Source: Erysipelotrichaceae bacterium
Lineage (GTDB): Bacteria > Bacillota_I > Bacilli_A > RFN20 > CAG-826
Direction: 5' to 3'
NCBI GenBank assembly: GCA_015059185.1
Contig: SVAY01000003.1
Location: forward strand, 15,251 to 79,250
DNA: 64,000 nt
This document shows positions 9,358 through 19,713 of the stretch, piece by piece; position 1 is the stretch's first letter, and every line of letters begins with the position of its first letter. The notes below the pieces were generated by a model that saw only the letters and a program-made list of their open reading frames with translations, searched no databases and had not been told where the DNA came from. The translations under genes were made by a program, and so were the position numbers.

Positions 9358-10815
9358 TTATGCTTCAGGATTATATTCTAGTGCTCTAAGAAGCACATAG
9401 CTTGATTCGTGCCAGTGGAAATATAAGGCTCTTTGAATATTGCTTAATGCACCCGCTAAAGACATTACATCTCCAAAGTCTAAATGCATCAATACATTAT
9501 AAAATGTATTACATGTAGTCTTTAAGTCTTCTTCATCGAATTCATAACTAACAAATTTGAGGTATGGTTGCGCGATTTCATATAAGCCACCTTCACTCAC
9601 CACTTTACTCGCTAGTTTAAGCATTTGAGCTGGTGTATCCATCCATCTCTTTTGGAAATCTTCCATAATATAGAATAAAGCGTATTGATCAATAGAGAAG
9701 AAGAGTTCAGTCATAAATCTTGCAGCGGTTTGTACGTGCATGACGTAATGTTCTCTATCTTGAATACCAAATGTTGGGTCATCAGCGGCTAAAATACGGG
9801 AAACAAACACTTGCATAAACTCAGTTTCATTCTTATATTTCTTTGAATCCTTGAAGGCTGGGACTGTATCAATCCAGCACTTCGCTGTTTTATGTTTTTG
9901 ATCATCAGTTAACTGGTCATAAGGGATATCGTTACCACTACTATCCTTAGGATAAGTTTCCGCTGGATAAAGTTCATACATATAATCAGCAAATAATTTA
10001 TCAAAGTCATCTCGTAAGATATCTATGTCTGTTCCAGAACGATATAAACCATATTCTTTTGGTGGGACATTAACAACAACGTCACCACTATTAGAAAGGT
10101 TCCAGATGTTCTTATAATCGTATCTTACGTTTTCTTCACTAAAACAGGCTGGAGCTTCAAATGTATAACAATACATATTTTCTTGCGTGAAGCCAAAGCT
10201 ATTATCATTTAATAACTTAGTGGCAAACATATTGGCAAGCGCTCCACCACGAGAGAATCCGTTAATCCATAATTTAACTTTCTTATTGGCGTAATTTTTC
10301 GCCATATAATCATTAAATTCGACTATCGCGTTATTGGCGGAATATTCAAACCCTTCGTGATTACCTTCTTTACCTAAGGTAACGTTAGATACCCATTCTT
10401 GTGTATAGTCATAACTTCTAAATGATAAGGCAACAACTGTGAAGTCATCAACTTCCCTATCAGCGATATAAAAGCCATAAGTATCTGTTCCACATCCCTT
10501 ATCATATACTTCAGTATAGTAGTGATGATTAAAGTGAATAGCGTTATAGAACTTCTTAGCTTCTTTCTTTTGGCCACTATTAGCAGTCGCGACAAATGAC
10601 ATAAGGGCAAAGTCTTTATTAAACTTTGTTGGAGATTCCCTAAAGTAATCATTTGAATAAGTGAAATGCGCCTTAGTGTCCATATTGTTACCGAAAATGA
10701 AATAATAATCGGTATCAATTTCTTCTGTATCAGGAGCTGGGCCACTGCTACAAGAGGTAGCAATGAGAGGTACCATTAATAATGGTAATAATAGTTTTTT
10801 AAGCTGCATAACCAA
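9358..10815 (-). CDS. Lipoprotein with a class-3 lipase (Lipase_3-like) domain; paralog of 4773..6311.
   Basis: Signal peptide plus lipobox (PLIATSC). The pattern GNHEGF...KLWINGFSRGGALANMFATKL...CYTFEAPACF gives nucleophile motif G-F-S-R-G. Its start overlaps the stop of the giant lipoprotein gene by 17 nt. Confidence 0.6.
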   Translation of the reverse strand: MVMQLKKLLLPLLMVPLIATSCSSGPAPDTEEIDTDYYFIFGNNMDTKAHFTYSNDYFRESPTKFNKDFALMSFVATANSGQKKEAKKFYNAIHFNHHYYTEVYDKGCGTDTYGFYIADREVDDFTVVALSFRSYDYTQEWVSNVTLGKEGNHEGFEYSANNAIVEFNDYMAKNYANKKVKLWINGFSRGGALANMFATKLLNDNSFGFTQENMYCYTFEAPACFSEENVRYDYKNIWNLSNSGDVVVNVPPKEYGLYRSGTDIDILRDDFDKLFADYMYELYPAETYPKDSSGNDIPYDQLTDDQKHKTAKCWIDTVPAFKDSKKYKNETEFMQVFVSRILAADDPTFGIQDREHYVMHVQTAARFMTELFFSIDQYALFYIMEDFQKRWMDTPAQMLKLASKVVSEGGLYEIAQPYLKFVSYEFDEEDLKTTCNTFYNVLMHLDFGDVMSLAGALSNIQRALYFHWHESSYVLLRALEYNPEA

Positions 10816-13800
10816 GTTCTCCTAAAACATATTGAGCGTAAGTTCTTGAATCATACTTATTATCCATATAAGTATTTAACTCATTGATGTGTGCATCTCT
10901 CAATTCATCCGTAATAGTTGTTGGATCAATATTGATATCAACATCAGCATATAAATTACCTGTAACAATCATGTTAACAGAAGCAGTAATACTGGCTTTA
11001 AGGTATTGTAAGAAGGCTTTTGTCTCTTCACTTTCAGTGTGTTTGCCTCCGAATAAAGCAATATCACAATTGCTAAGCATTGTATTATTGAGTAAGTTAT
11101 CTAGGCCAACATTAGCGGTCCAAATACCATATGGGTTTTCATCTGCTGTCCATGTATCAATGTATGGGTCAGTGAATCCAGTTCCAGGTTCATAATAATT
11201 ATAGGACTTTAAGACTTTTGAATATGTTGGTTGATAATCGCTTTCAACATGGTAATTCCACATATTAATGAAATCATCATTTTCTGGAGCGCTTGTTAAC
11301 ATGTTAAGTGTGTCATTATTTAACGCACCTAAACATGTCCACTTGGAATCATCAAATGTTCCTGAGGTATCTTCGATACACTTATAAAGCTTATAATCCA
11401 CTTCTACAAGATCATCGACGACATATGAAGCCGAAGAGTTATATTTAGGATACATTCTTTGGGCATATACATCAGATATACCATCACCATTATTTCTTGG
11501 TTTAATACCAAGACCAAAGTTTAGTAGATAATGGGATAAATTATCCATAAATTGATCCATGGTCAGTGAAATTCTTCTTGTATGACCATTAGATGTTGAT
11601 TCTATAACAACAAATGAATCACGCTTTAAAGCTCCGTCACGATAAATATAATTATCATCTTTATCTTTTACTGGATTACCATAAGAATCGGTAACTAGAA
11701 CTCGTTCATATACTGGAGCTCCATATTGGTCACGCTGTGCTAAATTAGTAACATAAACAGAGAAATTACGTGAGCTACTGGTCCAGTCTAAGTCGCCTCT
11801 ATTTTCACTTACATAATAAGCGACTCTACCAATTAGAGGTACATCAAACCCAATGCTAATTGATGGTATATTAGTCAAATCGAATTTAGCATAATAATCT
11901 TCAACATTGTATGTTTCGTCATTCACTATATGCATGTAAGAACTAATATTAACTGGATCATAATCTGCAAATTGGATATGTCTTTCACTACCCAAGAAAT
12001 CGAAAGATATATCACCTCTAATATTAATGGTGCCGTTAAATGCATAATCGTCATATAAAACAGTGTTGATTAAATGGTCTGCCAATGCAGAAATACTAGT
12101 GAAGTTATAGGCACTAGCTCTATATGTACTAGGAATCTTTTCAATTGATGTATTGGTTTGAGTTAACGATAAGCTGATTGGTTGACCAGTATATCTACCA
12201 CTGACCTTAAGTTCAGCAATATATTTCTTATAAATTGGATTATCATCCTCATCTACGCCAACTTCTTTATCAGCTGTTCTCATAATAACTGTGATTGGTT
12301 CTAAGATATCGTCATCATGTAACTTAAAGAGGTTCTCATTAAGGACAATACGATATGTTTGAGTACCTGCATCATATGTAAAGCTATCAATAACTTTACT
12401 ACGTAATAAGACTTCCATATCGCCACCTAAGATTTGCATTAATAAAGTCTTAGGACCTTCAGTCTTAAAGATTTCCATAATGTTAGCGATTCTACTATCC
12501 TCGCTATTAGCGACTCTAGTAAAGACATCGACTAAATCAAAGACACTACTGAGTTTGAGTGCGCCATACATCTTATCAGCGGCGGCTGGTTCTGCACCAT
12601 GTCCAGTTGGCTTTTCTTCATCAGAATCATAGATAGAATCAACATCACCATAAGAAACATAGATATGACTATTTTCTGCCGCTTCTTCCACTCTTGCTTG
12701 GGCTTCAGGATCATCTGATTGATAATCTTCCATACTAATGAGTTGAGCGTTTACATCAGCCTGGACATAATGGGTTTTACGGCCAGTTGTAATTGCTGCT
12801 TTGATTGATCCTTCATTTGTTTTTGGATCTAAGACACCGTTATCTTTATTAAGTTCGAAGTCGATATCGGCATCGATCATTAATTCATCATAAACACCAC
12901 TTAAGCGATATTTGACGGTCTTTTGGTCACTACTGAAGAGTGATAAGACATCATCTAAGATATCGTTGACATAGTCAAGTGGGACATATGTTTCTGGATT
13001 AACTGGGACGATTGGATCTTGATAATCGTCTTGTTCGATAGCGACACTACCACTTAAGTAATAGCCTAAGGCATAGAAGTTATTAACATATAAGTGATGG
13101 ATACCTTTACTACCGATATCTAATCCGATAGAGACGGTAGCACCTGAATCCTTAACACCAATTAAACTACCCTTAAATGTTAAGACTAATTCTCTTTCGT
13201 TATTTTCTAATGTTCTAACGTTGCTAGAAACATAATATCTAAATAAATCTAAATAATTACCACTACTTAAGATGTTATTAAGTGGGGTTTGATTACCTGT
13301 TGATACATTACCGCTAGGAATCACTGCGTCCACAAGTTTCTTAAATGTTGGGTTTTCCGCAGAATAGTGATTAATAACTTTAGTTAAGTCATCTAACTTG
13401 GTTAAGTCGTATCTCACTCTAAAGTCTTCATGAATATTATCGTGAGCGTAATAGAAATATGCTGTCTTATTGACTAAACGGATATCAAATAATGAATTGA
13501 ATAAATACTCTTCACTATTATCTTTCATTTTAGAAACACTACCTTTAGCTTCAAATAAGGCATTCTTGAAGTCGCTTAAGTCGTGTAAATCTACATCAAG
13601 TGTACCATTAAATACTGCTAATGGAGCAACATCGGTACGACGTGAGACATCAACATCAAAGACTAAGTGAGCTTTCTTATTTTCCATTAAGTCTTCGATT
13701 TGATCGATAACAGCCTTTTGATAATCTTTACCTAAATCTTTAACATATCCAGTTAAGACATTGATATCATCTGCACCAATCCAGCCACCTGCTGGGATTT

Positions 13801-16800
13801 CTTGAGCTTTGAAATCGGTTACTTCAGTTGGAACTGGAGAAGTTTCATCTAATAATTCAAAGTTAATGGCGACTGGTTTAGTTTCCACTGTCGCACCACC
13901 AACGATAGAAACAATCTCGTGATTATCATTAAAGGTAATAGTTAATGTTGGGTTATTATCTAAGCCGAGTTCACTGCCATTGACCTCAATCACTAATTTC
14001 TCAGGTTCAGTTGCAGTTTTTTCGTAATGCTTAATACCATTTTCAAGGAAGTAATCCTTATATAATAAGGAAACAATATCAAATCCTTCACTTGTAGTTT
14101 GTTCAGTTTCATCTTTCTTAGCAAACATATCGGTTAAGTTACCAATGAACTTAGAAAGATATTCGTTGAGATAACTATCTTCACCACTAATCATTTCTTG
14201 AATGTCACTGGTAATCTTTTGAATTGTCGCTTCTTCAATACTTAGTCTCACCGCATCTTCTACTTCACCATTTTTGGTATACATGATGTAGCAGGTTGAG
14301 CCGTTATTACTGACATTAATGACATGGATATCACGGTGATTTTCTTCGTCTTCTTGACCTTGGAATTTGATATAAACATCATAGACACCGTTTTCTTTAG
14401 AGAGATCTAGATTCACATAAGCATCAAGAATCATGTCGTTATATGTGGAATTAGTGATTTCAAAGATTACTTTCTTTTCACTAATAATGTTCTTGATTTG
14501 ATTGATAACGTATTTAACATTTGCGGCGTTGATATAGTCGCTGGTATTGATAGTACTAGCTTCACTATAATCGCGTAAGGCTACTTCAAAGTCGAGCTTA
14601 TAATCGCCATATTCAATGCCTTTAACACCGATAGAGTTAATACCGTTCTCATCGATATTAAGAATCAAATCAAATGTGGTTGTGCTTTCTGCGTTAAGTA
14701 AGCCATTTGATAATGTTAAGGTAATGACGTTACCATCGTTTTCACTGACCATTACACCCTTGAAGGCTTTGATGATCTCTTGATATTCACCATTATTTAA
14801 GTATTCAAGGATTGGTAAAGAAATCGCGTTCACTGTTTCACTTACGTTAGCCGCATCTCTACCAAGTAATTCATTTAATGAATTAATGATTTCTTGTACT
14901 TCAGAACGCTTACACGCTAACTTAATGGCTTTACCTAACTTCGCGGATAATAGCTTTTCGCCAGTTGGATTACCCTCACCATCTTTAATATCTTGATAAC
15001 CAATTAATAATTCAAGATCACGATCAGTAATAACATGGGTGGTTTCATCTTCTTCTTGAGAGAGGATATGGCCACTGACCACCATATTAAGTTGATCAAG
15101 TAAATCTTCTTGATCGTTAAGTTTATCTCTTAATCCGATATCAGCTTTACCGTTACTGACACTGAAGACAGTATCATATGTATCAGAAGCATTCTTCTTA
15201 GAGAGGGTGCCACTGAAATCGAGTCCGATTTGTTTAGTTTCATAAATATTGGTTAATTGTTCGATGAACTTGAAGGTACCATTGGTAGACTTGCTAGCCA
15301 TATACTTTGCAATTGTTGATAAATTATCAACACGTTCAAAGTCGCTAGTATCAGTAATGTATCTTCTAGAGCCGTCTGCCCCTTTCATCATAATCTTTGC
15401 GTCAACTTCAAAGTCACCATATTGGGTGGCAATTCTCACACTATCAATCTTGTCATTCTTAAGATGGATTTCTAAGAGTAAGTTCTTATTTAAACCTAAT
15501 AAATCTTTATCAAGTTCTATTGTATAGTCGTTAGCATCTTCAATTTCTAATCTAAGGATTGATTCATCTCTAAGGATAGCAAACATATCGCCATGCATAA
15601 CTTTGGCTAAAGTATCACTTGTCGCGTTAGCAATAATGGTGCCAATAGGACCGAGATTTTCTCCACCTTCTTCACTTCCTTGATTGAAGGCTTCCATAAT
15701 TGAATTATAAATAGAAAGGATAGAATCATAACTTGCAACAGCCTTAACTGGTGAAGTTGGAGCTACATCCTTATTATCTTGATAGACGTAATAAGCATAT
15801 AAGTCATTCTTCTTATTCGCGTCTTCATATGTATCAAGTTTAAGGGTATGAATATGATCATTGAAGTCTTTGACTTCCACATCAAGTCCACCCTTTATTG
15901 TGTTCTTTAAATTAAGGGAAGCGTTACCGTTAAGAGTGAGGTTCTTGTTATTTGAAAGATTCTTTACCTTCACGTCTAAACCTAAATCAAATTCCATCGC
16001 ACGATAATACACGCCGACATCTTTAATGATTTCGTCTAGATTATCTAAAACGCTATATTGGTCTTTGTTAATACGTTTGATACCAGTAAATTCGGTGAAG
16101 GTAAATGTTCCATCAACGATATAAGTATTGATATCAACGTGAGACATAGTTAATGAAGTAATGGTTTCATCGTTAAGGTTAAGTCTAATATAACCATGAC
16201 CACTACCACCAAGGAGGTAGTTATCAACATCAACTTCAATATAATTGGTAGTAAAATTAATTGTTCCGTATTTAGTGATATCACGATATTTAGCATCGGT
16301 AATGATATCTAAGATTGGATATTCTTTACCACTTGCCCCAAAGATGAGGTCAAAGATATTGATACCAAAGATATCGCTATCACCTAAGACTTCCCATAAA
16401 TCACTTAATCCCGCATTGGTGTAAGCAAGTTTATATGGATCTCTACCATTATTGAGGTAGTAATCTAAATAGATACATTCATCACGATATTGACCATTAT
16501 ATTTAGTCTTATAATCATCATGGCCTTCTGTTGCTGGATCATTGATATAAATATCACCTTCAAGGTTTACCACTGTATCTTTTAAGTCCATTTGTAGGAC
16601 ACCTGTGGTATAGCCTAAATAGACAATATTATCTGGAGTAGCGCTTTCATAATGAGACAATTCTAACTTATAGTTAGTCGCCACTTTTTCTTCATCTAAG
16701 ATGTTCCTAATCTTTCTTAATGCACCAAAGTATGTTGAAACATCAATATATGGTTTAGCTTCTGTTTCAGGAGAAGTAATTGGATTAGTTAAACTATCTA

Positions 16801-17512
16801 AGATGTTAGTATTCATCTTCACTCCAATGGTGAAGTCTTGATATTTGATGCCAGTGATTTCAATTGAGGTCAGTTTATAATCTGTATCACTAGTAAGAGT
16901 TAAATCAGGTTGATCGCCTGTTGTATGCGCGACGTATTCATAATATGTTCCTTTATCGGTGAAGGTCATATTAGCGACATTGGTGATGATTTCTGCAATG
17001 CCACTTGTGGTTAAGTTAGTGACGTTCTTTTCTTCTTCACTACTCTCTTCCCCTTCGCCAAGGACGAGGTCTAATAGTTCACCAAAGTCATCAGTCTTAA
17101 GTTTGAGGTTACGGTTACTAATGCTTAAGTAGGCAGTATCATCTAAATATGTCATATCGAAGTCAACGACAGGGAGTTTTTCTTTTTCAGTCATTGAAGC
17201 ATCGTTCATATCAAGTTTAAATGAAGCATCAAATGCAAGATTTTCTAAATTTTCCATTGAGGCTGTGGCTTTACCATAGACACGGTAATTATCAGCCTTT
17301 TCTTTATTAGGATCTTTATAGCTGACATTGATATCTAAATCAGCTTCTAAATATCTTGTGTCAAATAAGGTGTTAACAAGCTTATCTTGACTGCTTTCTT
17401 CAATTGGTTCAAAGGATGGTTGGGTCGGTGTGACACCACACGCCGCCAAAGCAAAACCTCCAAAACCTAGTAACCCTAGTCCACCTAGGAGCCAGAATCG
17501 TGACTTCTTCAT
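10799..17512 (-). CDS. Giant surface lipoprotein of about 2237 aa. It is rich in D, N, T and Y and probably rich in beta-strand, with no domain recognisable by eye.
   Basis: The N-terminus reads MKKSRFWLLGGLGLLGFGGFALAAC (signal peptide plus LAAC lipobox). A GGAGG Shine-Dalgarno sequence lies 8 nt before this ATG, so the longer ORF-track start at 17551 is probably a spurious 5' extension. The open reading frame is uninterrupted for 6.7 kb. Confidence 0.7.
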   Translation of the reverse strand: MKKSRFWLLGGLGLLGFGGFALAACGVTPTQPSFEPIEESSQDKLVNTLFDTRYLEADLDINVSYKDPNKEKADNYRVYGKATASMENLENLAFDASFKLDMNDASMTEKEKLPVVDFDMTYLDDTAYLSISNRNLKLKTDDFGELLDLVLGEGEESSEEEKNVTNLTTSGIAEIITNVANMTFTDKGTYYEYVAHTTGDQPDLTLTSDTDYKLTSIEITGIKYQDFTIGVKMNTNILDSLTNPITSPETEAKPYIDVSTYFGALRKIRNILDEEKVATNYKLELSHYESATPDNIVYLGYTTGVLQMDLKDTVVNLEGDIYINDPATEGHDDYKTKYNGQYRDECIYLDYYLNNGRDPYKLAYTNAGLSDLWEVLGDSDIFGINIFDLIFGASGKEYPILDIITDAKYRDITKYGTINFTTNYIEVDVDNYLLGGSGHGYIRLNLNDETITSLTMSHVDINTYIVDGTFTFTEFTGIKRINKDQYSVLDNLDEIIKDVGVYYRAMEFDLGLDVKVKNLSNNKNLTLNGNASLNLKNTIKGGLDVEVKDFNDHIHTLKLDTYEDANKKNDLYAYYVYQDNKDVAPTSPVKAVASYDSILSIYNSIMEAFNQGSEEGGENLGPIGTIIANATSDTLAKVMHGDMFAILRDESILRLEIEDANDYTIELDKDLLGLNKNLLLEIHLKNDKIDSVRIATQYGDFEVDAKIMMKGADGSRRYITDTSDFERVDNLSTIAKYMASKSTNGTFKFIEQLTNIYETKQIGLDFSGTLSKKNASDTYDTVFSVSNGKADIGLRDKLNDQEDLLDQLNMVVSGHILSQEEDETTHVITDRDLELLIGYQDIKDGEGNPTGEKLLSAKLGKAIKLACKRSEVQEIINSLNELLGRDAANVSETVNAISLPILEYLNNGEYQEIIKAFKGVMVSENDGNVITLTLSNGLLNAESTTTFDLILNIDENGINSIGVKGIEYGDYKLDFEVALRDYSEASTINTSDYINAANVKYVINQIKNIISEKKVIFEITNSTYNDMILDAYVNLDLSKENGVYDVYIKFQGQEDEENHRDIHVINVSNNGSTCYIMYTKNGEVEDAVRLSIEEATIQKITSDIQEMISGEDSYLNEYLSKFIGNLTDMFAKKDETEQTTSEGFDIVSLLYKDYFLENGIKHYEKTATEPEKLVIEVNGSELGLDNNPTLTITFNDNHEIVSIVGGATVETKPVAINFELLDETSPVPTEVTDFKAQEIPAGGWIGADDINVLTGYVKDLGKDYQKAVIDQIEDLMENKKAHLVFDVDVSRRTDVAPLAVFNGTLDVDLHDLSDFKNALFEAKGSVSKMKDNSEEYLFNSLFDIRLVNKTAYFYYAHDNIHEDFRVRYDLTKLDDLTKVINHYSAENPTFKKLVDAVIPSGNVSTGNQTPLNNILSSGNYLDLFRYYVSSNVRTLENNERELVLTFKGSLIGVKDSGATVSIGLDIGSKGIHHLYVNNFYALGYYLSGSVAIEQDDYQDPIVPVNPETYVPLDYVNDILDDVLSLFSSDQKTVKYRLSGVYDELMIDADIDFELNKDNGVLDPKTNEGSIKAAITTGRKTHYVQADVNAQLISMEDYQSDDPEAQARVEEAAENSHIYVSYGDVDSIYDSDEEKPTGHGAEPAAADKMYGALKLSSVFDLVDVFTRVANSEDSRIANIMEIFKTEGPKTLLMQILGGDMEVLLRSKVIDSFTYDAGTQTYRIVLNENLFKLHDDDILEPITVIMRTADKEVGVDEDDNPIYKKYIAELKVSGRYTGQPISLSLTQTNTSIEKIPSTYRASAYNFTSISALADHLINTVLYDDYAFNGTINIRGDISFDFLGSERHIQFADYDPVNISSYMHIVNDETYNVEDYYAKFDLTNIPSISIGFDVPLIGRVAYYVSENRGDLDWTSSSRNFSVYVTNLAQRDQYGAPVYERVLVTDSYGNPVKDKDDNYIYRDGALKRDSFVVIESTSNGHTRRISLTMDQFMDNLSHYLLNFGLGIKPRNNGDGISDVYAQRMYPKYNSSASYVVDDLVEVDYKLYKCIEDTSGTFDDSKWTCLGALNNDTLNMLTSAPENDDFINMWNYHVESDYQPTYSKVLKSYNYYEPGTGFTDPYIDTWTADENPYGIWTANVGLDNLLNNTMLSNCDIALFGGKHTESEETKAFLQYLKASITASVNMIVTGNLYADVDINIDPTTITDELRDAHINELNTYMDNKYDSRTYAQYVLGELGYAA

Positions 17513-17535
17513 ATACATAACCTCCAAGTATATGC

Positions 17536-17570
17536 GCGTAAAAAAAGACAAAAAACTCTCAAAGCGAGAG
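17536..17570 (-). promoter_or_regulatory. Terminator-like hairpin plus U-tract in the 5' leader of the giant lipoprotein gene (candidate attenuator).
   Basis: On the minus strand CTCTCGCTTTGAGAG is followed by TTTTTTGTCTTTTTTT. It lies between TATAAT-like boxes (TTATATAATC / CACTATAATC) and the GGAGG Shine-Dalgarno sequence. Confidence 0.3.
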
Positions 17571-17662
17571 TAATACGATTATAGTGATAAGATTATATAA
17601 TCTCGTCGCATAATTGATTTACTATTGTTTTCGTTTGTTCTTAAATATTCTAACGACTTCTT

Positions 17663-17698
17663 TATATAAATAAAATATAAAAGGGAGTCATCACTCCC
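17663..17698 (-). terminator. Intrinsic terminator after the ispD/tarI-like gene.
   Basis: On the minus strand the hairpin GGGAGTGATGACTCCC, which overlaps the stop codon, is followed by TTTTATATTTTATTT. Confidence 0.5.
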
Positions 17699-18359
17699 TC
17701 ATGTATCTTTCAAAATCGCCAATATTCGTTATTTTGTAATTACTTTCTTCGCCTTCCACTACTACGTATTTGTCTTTTTTAAGTTCTACGAGATTTATGT
17801 CGTCTGTTGGGAAGAAATTCTCGTCATTTATAAACTCTTCATAAAGCGAATAAATATAACCTAATTTAAAGGATTGAGGAGTCTGGGCTAAGAAAGGAAT
17901 GCCATTAATCATATGAGCAGTATCAATTCTTTCTTTTTGAGGATTACCTCTAATCGCAGTAAGTACGGCCTTTGCCTCCATAAGTGCAAAGATGTTTGCT
18001 AAAATAATGATCTCACTGGTATTAGGTCTTACTGCATCTGCAATCAAGACATTATCATCTTTATCATATAAATTAGCGAGATATTTAATTCCTAGGTAGC
18101 TAGAAATAAATCTCTCTTTCCCTCCAGGAATCACGTCTATCACTTTTTTAATGTTATATGTTTTTAGATCCTCTTTAACTTCATCAATATAATCTTTATT
18201 CACCACTAAAAGGATATCAGATATTGAATCGACATTTTGATATTTATTAATCGCATCAATATAGATAGGAATATTATTCTTTTTGATGAATTGTTTAGGT
18301 GTTTCTCCACCAAATCTTTTCCCACTTCCACCTAAAAGAATTAAAGCAATATTTTTCAT
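17691..18359 (-). CDS. IspD/TarI-family sugar-phosphate (or MEP) cytidylyltransferase
   Basis: The N-terminal motif IALILLGGSGKRFGGETPKQF has the form LAGGxGxRxG...PKQy and the product is 222 aa. It overlaps the upstream membrane-protein gene by 4 nt. Confidence 0.55.
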   Translation of the reverse strand: MKNIALILLGGSGKRFGGETPKQFIKKNNIPIYIDAINKYQNVDSISDILLVVNKDYIDEVKEDLKTYNIKKVIDVIPGGKERFISSYLGIKYLANLYDKDDNVLIADAVRPNTSEIIILANIFALMEAKAVLTAIRGNPQKERIDTAHMINGIPFLAQTPQSFKLGYIYSLYEEFINDENFFPTDDINLVELKKDKYVVVEGEESNYKITNIGDFERYMRE

Positions 18360-19000
18360 TTTTGCTTCCTTAAATTCTTAATGGAAATTCCTAAAGAAAT
18401 CAAGTATGTTACACAAAGCATAATTGGTAAAACTAAGGCAATCGCCCAATCTTGACCTCCAAATGTAAATCCATAGAAATCATTCCACACTCCCGAGAGT
18501 ACAAATGATGCGTAGAAAATTCCATATATTGCCATTGGAATAACACCAATAAGAACAAATCTAAACTTATAATGTGGGTGCTTCGTAAAGAAATAAGAAG
18601 CCACGATTAAAATTGGGTTTAATAAATGATAAAAGAACATATCTTCTTTATACATAAGATCAAAGCCAGATCTTGGACCAAGGAATAAAAGCACTGTTAA
18701 AGCGGTTAAAGCTAAACTAGTCGCTGCACTTAAATGGAGGAAACTTAACCAACGAGGTAATGTATATCCTTCCTTTTTAAAATTGATAATAGCAAATACC
18801 ACTAATACCGCTGCAACAAGTGAAGCCCAGACATTACTTAATGTAGTAAAAAATTCTAAGCAGTCATAATGTAATTTCTTCCCATCCATTGGGGAAGCAG
18901 TACCTAAAATAAGCATTCTCCATAAGATAATTTGTCCACTAATAAAAACAAACAAATTTAAAACTAGAGCAATAATTTTAAAGACTTGTTCTTTTTTCAT
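18356..19000 (-). CDS. Polytopic membrane protein (hypothetical), co-transcribed with the cytidylyltransferase.
   Basis: Six to seven hydrophobic helices. The start is placed at MKKEQVF (ATG ending at 19000), because the longer ORF would overlap the divergent + strand gene. Confidence 0.4.
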   Translation of the reverse strand: MKKEQVFKIIALVLNLFVFISGQIILWRMLILGTASPMDGKKLHYDCLEFFTTLSNVWASLVAAVLVVFAIINFKKEGYTLPRWLSFLHLSAATSLALTALTVLLFLGPRSGFDLMYKEDMFFYHLLNPILIVASYFFTKHPHYKFRFVLIGVIPMAIYGIFYASFVLSGVWNDFYGFTFGGQDWAIALVLPIMLCVTYLISLGISIKNLRKQK

Positions 19001-19031
19001 ACTATACTTATTATAAATAAGAGGTAACAAA

Positions 19032-19664
19032 ATGGAAAAGAAGAAAATGGATGACCTAACAAAAGTAAAACTCATTTATAGTGGCGAACTCATCATTATT
19101 GCGATTGTTGCTTTAGTCATTGGTATCCTCCAACTCACAAATGTCTTAACAGTCAAAGAACTATTTAGAAACATCTTTAACTGGGTCACCATCTTTGGCT
19201 CTCCAATTTTAATTATCACTTCTATCTATTCTTTATGTTCAACTAAAAGACGTAAGAAGATATCAATATTTGATAAGATTACTCTTTTCCCACTTGCTAT
19301 CTATATTCTTGTGATTGATATTATCTGTTTTGCTAACTATGGAACACTTGATCAATCCTTCTATCAAACCTATATTCCTATTGCTTTATTATCTTTAGCC
19401 GTTATTTATCTCGTTCAAGGTATATATCACTGGTATCGTCCACTCCCATCTTTACTTGCGGAATTAGAGCAGGAAAGAATTGATAAGATTACTTATAAAG
19501 TATTAGAAAAAAATGAAGATGGTTCAGTTAAAGCCTTACATATCGAATCTAATAAAGAATTTCTATTTAAAGATGCTCATATCATAGAGAATGTTGATGA
19601 ATTATTCTGCTTAGACCAATATCCTAACGCTAAATACGAAGAGATAAAAAATAACGAAGAATAA
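19032..19664 (+). CDS. Membrane protein with four N-terminal TM helices and a cytoplasmic C-terminal domain (hypothetical)
   Basis: An AGAGGT Shine-Dalgarno sequence lies 8 nt upstream of the ATG. The product has hydrophobic N-terminal helices and a charged C-terminus. Confidence 0.45.
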   Translation: MEKKKMDDLTKVKLIYSGELIIIAIVALVIGILQLTNVLTVKELFRNIFNWVTIFGSPILIITSIYSLCSTKRRKKISIFDKITLFPLAIYILVIDIICFANYGTLDQSFYQTYIPIALLSLAVIYLVQGIYHWYRPLPSLLAELEQERIDKITYKVLEKNEDGSVKALHIESNKEFLFKDAHIIENVDELFCLDQYPNAKYEEIKNNEE

Positions 19665-19666
19665 TC

Positions 19667-19713
19667 GTTTTTGTATACTACAGTAAACACTTTTATCACT
19701 TTTAGATATTATT
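19667..19713. repeat. Left copy of an approximately 47-bp direct repeat (TTTTTGTATACTACAGTAAACACTTTTATCACTTTTAGATATTATTT) flanking the DUF3990/DUF3791-like cassette.
   Basis: It is about 90% identical to the copy at 20990-21036. It overlaps the stop codon of the 19709..20332 gene. Confidence 0.7.
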
